NCBI GenBank assembly: GCA_002269645.1
Contig: NIVC01002124.1
Coordinates: forward strand, 124,001-188,000
Origin: Macrostomum lignano
Taxonomy: Eukaryota
Reading direction: 5' to 3'
DNA length: 64,000 nucleotides
The notes beneath the pieces are model-generated. The model worked only from the letters and a program-made list of their open reading frames with translations, had not been told where the DNA came from and did not search any database. Shown piece by piece: positions 50,385 through 60,440 of this stretch. The position numbers and the translations under genes were made by a program. Every line of letters starts with the position of its first letter. Position 1 is the first letter of the stretch.

Positions 50385-51427
50385 AATCTAAAAAATAAAG
50401 AAAAGTTCCTATCTAGAAAACTCCTAACAGAAAATCTGAGCGAGCAGCAAAAGCTGAGTTGAAAAAAGCAGGCTGAGAAAGAAGATCTGAAAAGCGACAA
50501 AATCCAAGCGCTGCTGAGTTGCCCCGCTGATGCGGAAGATGCTGAAAGAGAAGCGGCTTGGATGTTCTCGCTTGACAGAGGCGGCACGGAAAAAAAAACT
50601 TGGAGCGAAAAACGCAGGTAAAAATGCTACGAAAGCGAAAGCAGAAAACAGCAAAAAAGCATTGGAGCACCGAAAAGCAGAGTTTCGCAAAAAAGCGCAG
50701 AGCACTCAATTAAAAGCTGAAGGTGTTTTGGCCCTCCGGCCGCGTCGCCACCGAGTCGGCCTCCTGCCGCGGCTGCTCCGCCATCCAGGAGTCGCCGGGG
50801 CCGCCGCAGGCGCCGCAGCCGTCGCAGCCGCAGCCTCCGCAGTCGTCCTGGTCCAGCAGCTCCTGCAGGCTGCGGATGTAGGCGATGGCGGCCCGCAGGG
50901 TGGCGATCTTGCTCAGCCTCTGTCCGTCATCGCTCGGCACCAGCTGGCGAAGCCGCTCGAAGCCGAGGTTGAGCAGCTTGACGCGGTTCCGCTCGCGCTG
51001 GTTGCGACGCTGCATCGACGAGGCGGCCGGACGGGCGGCGGCGGCGACGTTGGCGGCGGCGTTGGCGGCGGCGTTTGAAGCGGCAGCGGCCGCGGCTTTG
51101 GCCGCCTCGGAGCCCGGCGGCTTCTGCGGCGGCCGAGGCGGCAGGTTGGAGCACCGCTCGCCCAGCGGCTGCCGAGTCGGCCCGGAGGCGTCGCCTGCTG
51201 CCCGGAGCTGCTGCAGTCGCAGGAAGGAGGGCACCGGCAAGTGCTGCCTGTCAGCTGTTGATGACATGGTCGCGTGTTTGGCCTGCGTTCTGACTGCCTG
51301 CTGAGTGCTAAACAGAGTGCGCCCGACACGAGGCCCGCCACGTGGCGCCTCCTTTTCTAGCCGTGGCCGCCGCCCCTCTCGCGTGGCCCCTGGGCTGCCC
51401 CAGGCCGTCTCCTATTGGCTGCCGGCT
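50385..51427 (-). repeat. Right arm of inverted duplication
   Basis: Reverse complement of 38158..39195 with a few substitutions and small indels. Confidence 0.95.
50710..51267 (-). CDS. ASCL: Achaete-scute family bHLH transcription factor, copy 2, intronless, 185 aa
   Basis: Identical bHLH protein sequence to copy 1. Differences: +4 aa in the Ala tract ([13 protein letters not shown] vs AAANTAAAA), A>G in CDGC(A/G)AC, and E>D in EA(E/D)S. Confidence 0.93.
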   Translation of the reverse strand: MSSTADRQHLPVPSFLRLQQLRAAGDASGPTRQPLGERCSNLPPRPPQKPPGSEAAKAAAAAASNAAANAAANVAAAARPAASSMQRRNQRERNRVKLLNLGFERLRQLVPSDDGQRLSKIATLRAAIAYIRSLQELLDQDDCGGCGCDGCGACGGPGDSWMAEQPRQEADSVATRPEGQNTFSF

Positions 51428-52067
51428 TCAGCCAATCAGGAAAGCTTTGAGTTTTGCTTCACGCGTAGAGGCAGGAAGGCTGCTAGACTGTGTGTCCTTG
51501 CTGAATTCTTTTCAGTAAATCTCGATTCTTTTCTGCGACAGATGGCGCCCAAACATCTTCCTCTGTTCTACTCGATCGCTGAGACTGAATCTCTTCCGTT
51601 AACTGTTCCTTGTTGCCGTGGATTCCCGGGCCATAGCGTGCCGCTTCCCGCTGATTTCCGCTTCTAAATGCTTTTTCTCTGCTTGTTGTTGGGCGAGAAA
51701 ATTGAGCTATAATTTGTATTCGTACTGTTTCAATAGCAACTTGGTCTAGTCCTTTCTGTCACCTGGGCGCCATCGCTCAATTATGGGGGGGGGGCAATTA
51801 ATCTGATTAACAACCCAGAAGCAATATGTCTCATAATTTTCATAAATCTGTTTTGGTCTCTTAAGCTGCTTTGCCTGCAATGTAGGGGGCAGGTGCCACC
51901 CAATAAACAGAGTTATTGCGATTTTGGAACTATATTGAAACAATTTCCTGAGCTTGTAAAACATTCTGCTTGCAATGCTTCATGACTTTTGCTTGTGATC
52001 AAAGATTTCAGTGTAAACTGGAGCTTCAGAAACTTTTGCGAGTGCCTGATTTTAAACTAATCTGATG

Positions 52068-52928
52068 GAGATCTGCTGACTGTAAGAGTCAGGAGTGTGT
52101 GTCAGCTCATTCTGCTGACTGTGAGTGTGAGTCAGGAGAGTATGTCAGTTCTGTATGAGATTCTACTGACTGTGAGAGTCAGGAGTGTGTGTCAGTTCTG
52201 TATGAGATTCTACTGACTGTGAGAGTCAGGAGAGTGTGTCAGCTCATTCTACTGACTGTGAGAGTCAGGAGAGTGTGTCAGCTCTTTATGAGATTCTACT
52301 GACTGTGAGAGTCAGGAGAGTGTGTCAGCTCTTTATGAGATTCTACTGACTGTGAGAGTCAGGAGTGTGTGTGTCAGCTCTCTATGAGATTCTACTGACT
52401 GTGAGAGTCAGGAGTGTGTGTGTCAGCTCTCTATGAGATTCTACTGACTGTGAGAGTCAGGAGTGTGTGTGTCAGCTCTCTATGAGATTCTACTGACTGT
52501 GAGAGTCAGGAGTGTGTGTGTCAGCTCTCTATGAGATTCTACTGACTGTGAGAGTCAGGAGTGTGTGTGTCAGCTCTCTATGAGATTCTACTGACTGTGA
52601 GAGTCAGGAGTGTGTGTGTCAGCTCTCTATGAGATTCTACTGACTGTGAGAGTCAGGAGTGTGTGTGTCAGCTCTCTATGAGATTCTACTGACTGTGAGA
52701 GTCAGGAGAGTGTGTGTGTCAGCTGTCTATGAGATTCTACTGACTGTGAGAGTCAGGAGAGTGTGTCAGCTGTCTTTGAGATTCTACTGACTGTGAGTGT
52801 CAGGAATGTGTGTCAGCTCTCTATGAGATTCTGCTGACTGTGAGAGTCAGGAATGTGTGTCAGCTCTCTATGAGATTCTACTGACTGTGAAAGTCAGGAG
52901 TGTGTCAGCTCTCTATGAGATTCTACTC
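52068..52928. repeat. ~47-51-bp minisatellite
   Basis: Unit gactgtgagagtcaggagtgtgtgtcagctctctatgagattctact with variable (gt)n. Confidence 0.95.
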
Positions 52929-53384
52929 AGATTTTTATTTAATAGTATAATATTGATAACTGAGCTGTGCAGATTGAACTCACAACAGACAGCAAAATTT
53001 CAATTAAACTGCGAGAGCTCATCGATCACACTGGAGTCTTCAGCCCTTCACATTGCGCAAGTTCAGCACAAGAGAAATAGCTGAGACCCCCACGGCAGTC
53101 TTCTGTAACCCAAACCCATCATCGCGAATTTGTCCAGCCTGCGCGATCTGTGCCTGTGCAACAAGTTTTTGGTTTTCAACATCGCCATGGACTGGACCAC
53201 ACAGGGTCTGCTCTGGACTGCGAATCCCAAATTCTATAATACGAGCGTACTAACTTATTTGCATCATGCCCGATTCTGTAAAAGAAAAATGACCGTAAAA
53301 ATGTAACCTTTGATATTGGCGTACAAACTGGATTTCAAACAGTAAAAATCTGTGCGTGGATCTGCCAATGATTTGTTCCTAAGT

Positions 53385-54930
53385 GACTGCGGCGTCAAAA
53401 TGAGTCACTGCAGGGCCATAATGATGAGTCACTGCAGGGCCAACATGAGTCACTGCAGGGCCAACATGAGTCACTGCAGGGCCATAATAAGTCACTGCAG
53501 GGCCAAAATGAGTCACTGCAGGGCCATAATGAGTCACTGCAGGGCCAAAATGAGTCACTGCAGGGCCAACATGAGTCACTGCAGGGCCATAATGAGTCAC
53601 TGCAGGGCCAAAATGAGTCACTGCAGGGCCATAATGAGTCACTGCAGGGCCATAATGAGTCACTGCAGGGCCAACATGAGTCACTGCAGGGCCATAATGA
53701 GTCACTGCAGGGCCAACATGAGTCACTGCAGGGCCATAATAAGTCACTGCAGGGCCATAATGAGTTACTGCAGGGCCAACATGAGTCACTGCAGGGCCAA
53801 AATGAGTCACTGCAAGGCCATAATAAGTCACTGCAGGGCCATAATAAGTCACTGCAGGGCCAAAATGAGTCACTGCAGGGCCAAAATGAGTGACTGCGGC
53901 GCCAAAATGAGTCACTGCGGCGCCAAAATGAGTCACTGCGGCGTCAAAATGAGTGACTGCGGCGTCAAAATGAGTGCCTGCGGCGCTAAAATGAGTGACT
54001 GCGGCACCAAAATGAGTGACTGCGGCGTCAAAATGAGTGACTGCGGCACCAAAATGAGTGACTGCGGCGTCAAAATGAGTGACTGCGGCACCAAAATGAG
54101 TGACTGCGGCGTAAAATGAGTGACTGCGGCGTCAAAATGAGTGACTGCGGCACCAAAATGAGTGACTGCGGCGTAAAATGAGTGACTGCGGCGTCAAAAT
54201 GAGTGACTGCGGCGTAAAATGAGTGACTGCGGCGCCAAAATGAGTGACTGCGGCGTCAAAATGAGTGACTGTGGCACCAAAATGAGTGACTGCGGCGTCA
54301 AAATGAGTGACTGCGGCACCAAAATGAGTGACTGCGGCGTCAAAATGAGTGACTGCGGCACCAAAATGAGTGACTGCGGCGTAAAATGAGTGACTGCGGC
54401 GTCAAAATGAGTGACTGCGGCGTAAAATGAGTGACTGCGGCGCCAAAATGAGTGACTGCGGCGTCAAAATGAGTGACTGTGGCACCAAAATGAGTGACTG
54501 CGGCACCAAAATGAGTGACTGCGGGGCCAAAATGAGTGCCTGCGGCGCCAAAATGAGTGACTGCGGCGTCAAAATGAGTGACTGCTTCGTCAAAATGAGT
54601 GACTGCGGCGTCAAAATGAGTGACTGCGGCGCCAAAATGAGTGACTGTGGCGCCAAAATGAGTGCCTGCGGCGCTAAAATGAGTGACTGTGGCGTCAAAA
54701 TGAGTGACTGCGGCACCAAAATGAGTGACTGCGGCACCAAAATGAGTGCCTGCAGCGTCAAAATGAGTGACTGCGGTACCAAAATGAGTGACTGCAGCGT
54801 CAAAATGAGTGACTGCGGTACCAAAATGAGTGACTGCGGCGTAAAATGAGTGACTGCGGCGTCAAAATGAGTGACTGCGGCGTAAAATGAGTGACTGCGG
54901 CGCCAAAATGAGTGACTGCGGCGCCTAAAG
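53385..54930. repeat. 21-bp minisatellite, two subdomains
   Basis: atgagtcactgcagggcc(aac/ata/aaa) up to ~53885, then atgagtgactgcggc(gtc/acc/gcc)aaa. Confidence 0.97.
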
Positions 54931-55897
54931 AGTACCTGCGGCGCGAAAATCAGTATTAGCAACCCCAATTTCCAAAATACTGCGGGAATGTCATCATAGG
55001 AATTTTACGAATTCCTAATCTCTTTTTAGCAGTTCGTTTTGTTTTGTAACCTCCCACCAAAATATCCATGGCGACACCGTAGCCGACAAAAGTTATTTGT
55101 TCTGAACTCTGAACTAATTGTTTTTCTTTGGCTTGCTTCCAGTCCAGCTGATCTGTCCCAGGCGTCCATGTCCCAGCCCGTATCAATAGCTATCTCAGCT
55201 AGTCCCAGGCCAAATCAATAGCAATCAATGATGACGGACGCGAGGTCCCCATCCCATGCAGGGCTAAATTGCAGCCCGCATGTTGGCTTACGGGAGGCCC
55301 AGCTTATTGTGCAATAATAACCCAGAATTCTAATCGCTACTGCCACACAGACAGTCTGACAGCGGATCAGCTGAAGTCAGTTCAGCCAACACAGGTTAAC
55401 GCATGCATGTAGATTGTATTGTAAAATTGAAACGCTTAATTTAATTATAGCCATAATTTCCAGACGCTTATCATATCTGAATCGTTGCGCAGTACATGTA
55501 TTTATTGTCTAAAGCCATAATGCTTGGACGATATTTCATAAGAAAGTTCCAATTCAATATCCTTGGTTCAGTTTTTGACCCTTTCGATTGTAAGCAAACT
55601 TTCGGGCTCAGGGACAGACGTGCCGTATAATTGATTTTCCCAAGACTTGAGGAGCAATCCCACGTGAGCTCAAGTGAAGTCTCGACAGTCCAATGTTTAT
55701 TGTCTGTTGGTGTTGACACAGCTGTGAGCTCTCTGAGTCTGTCTTTGAGATGCTCTCTCAACTGTACAGTATTTGAACTGTCTGTGAAGTTTTTCTTTCA
55801 TATATTCATAGTCCAAGTGGTCACGTGCCTCCTCACTTGACTGAGGGGAAAGAGAAATCTTGTGCTGAAATTTCAATAAAATTGGCTGATTTAATGA

Positions 55898-56392
55898 CCG
55901 AATCTTCACCAACCCGAATCTTCACCAATCCGAATCTTCACCAATCTGAATCTTCACCAATCCGAATCTTCACCAATCCGAATCTTCACCAATCTGAATC
56001 TTCACCAATCCGAATCTTCACCAATACAAATCTTCACCAACACGAATCTTTACCAACCCGAATCTTCACCAACTCGAATCTTTACCAATCGGAATCTTCA
56101 CCAACACGAATCTTTACCAACCCGAATCTTCACCAACTCGAATCTTTACCAACTTTAATCTTCACCAAACCGAATCTTCAAACAATCCGAATCTTCACCA
56201 ACCCGAATCTTCACCAATACAAATCTTCACCGATCCGAATCTTCACCAAACCGAATCTTCACCAATCCAAATCTTTACCGATCCGAATCTTCACCAATCC
56301 GAATCTTCACCAACCCGAATCTTTACCAACCCGAATATTCACCAATCCGAATCTTCACCAATCCGAAGCTTCACCAACTCGAATCCGAATTT
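55898..56392. repeat. ~16-bp minisatellite (ccgaatcttcaccaat) with ~48-bp higher-order period
   Basis: Direct inspection; spurious ORF 55825..56394. Confidence 0.92.
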
Positions 56393-57134
56393 GAAATTCC
56401 AATTTTGAAACCGAAAATTTAACAACCTAGCAAAATGAAGTGTCTCAAGGCCATCTCAGTTTTATTATAATTCGACTTCCAAGAAACTGATTGATGGATT
56501 TCCCCTGGCGCCCCAGCAACAGTTTCTAAGGAGGCGGATTTTTTGATAGATTAAAAAAGTCACCAAACCCATCCAGTACGCTGAAGTTACGCTGAGCCAA
56601 GATTCCAATAAATTGAGTAGCACTTGAGAACATGTAACCGTTCACTCTCGCTTTTCCCATGCCACACAGAGTTCGCTTTCTCTCTCAATTCCGCTCCCTC
56701 GACTTCCTGAGGATGCTGAGCAACTGAGACGCCACTTGAGACCAAGTCTTGAATGTTTGACCTCATTCGTCTATTATAGCGACTGCTTCTAATTGTTACT
56801 GCCCCCGCAGTCTCTCGGCTTCATCATTCTCCTTCCGGTGCTCCGTGGGAACAGCACCATAAGTGTGTGTGTACGCCGCGTTTTTATAGAGAAACGTGGC
56901 TTGAGTCCGTCGCTTTGACTGCAGTTATAAGCTACTCATGCTCAACAGGCTCATTGACTGCCCCGTTGTATGAATTTGAGTCACTTATAAGCTTCTCCTG
57001 CTCTGCCTCCTTGAGCACGAGTTTTTCGATTCGATTGCGGGGTGAATTCTCAGTGAGTGAAGGGGGTGAATAAACTAAAAATATATTCAGAGTGATCTCC
57101 AATCTTTATCTGCTCTGCCTCTGCATCATTGAAT

Positions 57135-58120
57135 GACTCCCTTCTCTCTCATCTATCCCTTCTGCATCTCTTCCTCAGCTCTCCTCAGTCTCGCTTCTTT
57201 TCTCTTCTCCTCTCTCATCTCTTCTCCTCTCTCATCTCTTCTCCTCTCTCATCTCTTCTCCTCTCTCATCTCTTCTCCTCTCTCATCTCTTCTCCTCTCT
57301 CATCTCTTCTCCTCTCTCATCTCTTCTCCTCTCTCATCTCTTCTCCTCTCTCATCTCTTCTCCTTTCTCATCTCTTCTCATCTCTCTGCTCTTCTCTCCT
57401 CTTCTCCTCTCTCATCTCTTCTCCTCTCTCATCTCTTCTCCTCTCTCATCTCTTCTCCTTTCTCATCTCTTCTCATCTCTCTGCTCTTCTCTCCTCTTCT
57501 CCTCTCTCATCTCTTCTCCTCTCTCATCTCTTCTCCTCTCTCATCTCTTCTCCTTTCTCATCTCTTCTCCTCTCTCTGCTCTTCTCTCCTCTTCTCCTCT
57601 CTCATCTCTTCTCTTCTCTCTCCTCTTCTCCTCTCTCATCTCTTCTCCTCTCTCATCTCTTCTCCTCTCTCATCTCTTCTCCTTTCTCATCTCTTCTCCT
57701 CTCTCTGCTCTTCTCTCCTCTTCTCCTCTCTCATCTCTTCTCTTCTCTCTCCTCTTCTCCTCTCTCACCTCTTCTCATCTGTCATCTCTTCTCCTTTCCT
57801 ATTTCTTCTCCTTTTCTCTTCTCCTCTCTCATCTCTTCTCCTCTCTCATCTCTTCTCCTCTCTCTGCTCTTCTCTCCTCTTCTCCTCTCTCATCTCTTCT
57901 CTTCTCTCTCCTCTTCTCCTCTCTCATCTCTTCTCCTTTCTCATCTCTTCTCCTCTCTCTGCTCTTCTCTCCTCTTCTCCTCTCTCATCTCTTCTCTTCT
58001 CTCTTCTCTTCTCCTCTCTCATCTCTTCTCTTCTCTTTCACATCTGCTTCTTTCTCATCTATTCTCCGCTCTCATCTTTTCTCTTCTTTCCCACATATCT
58101 TCTTCTCTCTCATCTCTCCT
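57135..58120. repeat. CT-rich simple repeat (ctcttctcctctctcat)n
   Basis: Direct inspection. Confidence 0.95.
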
Positions 58121-59424
58121 CGCCTCGCCATTCTACTTTGATATGAAAATTGAAGCAAATATGAAACTTTTGCGGCTGTAAAAGGAACTGATATAGCAGA
58201 ATGCTTAAGACGGTCCTGTTGCAATGCTCTGATGGCATTCGCCTTGTTGCCAGTGTGGTGTGAGTCAAAATTCTGAGCAGCAGAGCTTCCGGCCGAGTAA
58301 AGACAGACAAAAAGATGAATCGCTCGGCTGCGTCCCTGCTAGCTTAATTAATTAATTAATTCTTGTCAGCTTCCTGTCTCATCTTACCGACTCGCCATTT
58401 TTTTTAGTAAAAATGGGAAGTCAGAGGCTGAAGGGCGGGAATTTAACGACAGTTGGTTAAAGATGAAGCTAGCTGATAGTCGCCTCCCTCCTCCCAGTTA
58501 TCTCATCTCGCTCTGGCTCCAGTTTTGCCTGTACAAGAGCTAAAATGAGGTTTTGAATAGCCTTGGGGCGAGATCCAAGTTGCAGTTCGAGTGGAAGCCA
58601 ACAGAAGGGAAAATTCTATTCAAATTTTTTCAAAGTTCTCCCCTTTGGGAGAATTCATTGAAAATAAAGTTTTTTCCCGTAATCACAAGACCCTGCCCCA
58701 ACATCTGAGCACATCTGTTATTGCAGACCCCAAGCTGCACAGATGCGCTGGCAATATTCATAAATTTAATCAATGAAAAAAGGATCGCGAAATTCTATCA
58801 AACAGATTGGGCGAATTTCAAATTCCAATTCGCACTCATCCTTCTGCTACGCATAGTCTGGGGACATATTTTCATATGCGATAGATTTATTGCCCAAGGG
58901 TCAGCACAAGGGCTCGAAATTGAATTCGTTTGAGTAGGAGCTTACAACACTTTGTGGAATTTTGAGAGAGGAATTTTTAATTAAAAGCAGAGCAGAGAAA
59001 GAAGTGACCGTTTCTCTCAGAGCACCTCCTGTCAGGGTTTGTGGGGCCAGCACACCGATTGCGTATTCAGGCTATGAAGTTATGAAATATTAAGGTGAAA
59101 GTGTATGACAGATTTTGACCTCGGCGAGCCTCCCGGCCCCCTCCCGCTGGGAACCTAAAGGAATTCTTCTATTCTCCCTAAAGTATTTTAGGGCATAAAT
59201 AAATCGATTCCAGTTTAGCTATGCCAGTCATTTTCTCAGCTTGAGTTTTTATAACTTTAGATTGCGGAATCAAAACTGGGTGATGAGGCTGAAAATTGAA
59301 TTATATATTTTCTTACAGACATCTATGATACAAACTACTGTTAGTGGCATGGTTGTAAATCTTGAGATTTAAAAATGAAAATAAACTTTCTGCGAACAGC
59401 TCTTGGCACAGAAAAGCCTGTTAA

Positions 59425-60050
59425 AAGTGACAGTTCAAAGTAAGCACCTGTGAGTGACAGGTTAGGAGTGACAGTTCACAGTAAGCACCGGTGAGTGACA
59501 GGTTAGGAGTGACAGTTCACAGTAAGCACCGATGAGTGACAGTTCACAGTAAGCACCGGTGAGTGACAGGTTAGGAGTGACAGTTCACAGTAAGCACCGG
59601 TGAGTGACAGGTTAGGAGTGACAGTTCACATTAAGCACCGATGAGTGACAGTTCACAGTAAGCACCGCTGAGTGATCTAAGTTAAGAGTGACAGCTCACA
59701 GGTAGCCCCGCTGAGTGATCCAAGTTAGGAGTGACAGTTCACAGTAAGCACCGCTGAGTGATCCAAGTTAAGAGTGACAGCTCACAGTAAGCATCAGCGA
59801 GTGACAAGTCAAGAGTGACAGCTCACAGTAAGCACCGCTGAGTGATCTAAGTTAAGAGTGACAGCTTACAGTAAGCATCGGCGAGTGACAAGTCAAGAGT
59901 GACAGCTCACAGTAAGCACCACTGAGTGATCCAAGTTAAGAGTGACAGCTCACAGTAAGCACCGCTGAGTGATCCAAGTTAAGAGTGACAGCTCACAGTA
60001 AGCACCGCTGAGTGATCCAAGTTAAGAGTGACAGCTCACAGTAAGCACTG
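59425..60050. repeat. ~43-bp minisatellite
   Basis: Unit gagtgacag(t/c)tcacagtaagcaccgctgagtgatccaagttaa. Confidence 0.92.
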
Positions 60051-60440
60051 TGCAGGCAGGTCAGTATTCCTACAGCCATGATTGACATCTTGAAAGAAAT
60101 TCTCCTTGCACTTCTGCTCCCAGTGCAGCGGATAAATAAACTCCTCAGCAATCGGAAAGCATTCTGGCAGCCCCGGCTACGAATTTAGCAGCAACCTGTT
60201 GGCGCAGTATTTACTCCCCTCACTCCTCGGATAAACACAGCACAGCTGGGGCTGCCTGAACGGTGGACAAATCAGATCTGGAAAACTGGGAGCGGAGTTT
60301 GGGATTTGGTAAGGAAGCGGATGCGGAGGCAGGACCTGACACCCAAGCCGAATGGCGCAGTTATAAAAGCAGGTCAAGTCTGAAGTCTGCAGGTCACCGC
60401 TGTTGCGGCCTCGACTTCGGTTCAGTGTGGGCAATCGAGA

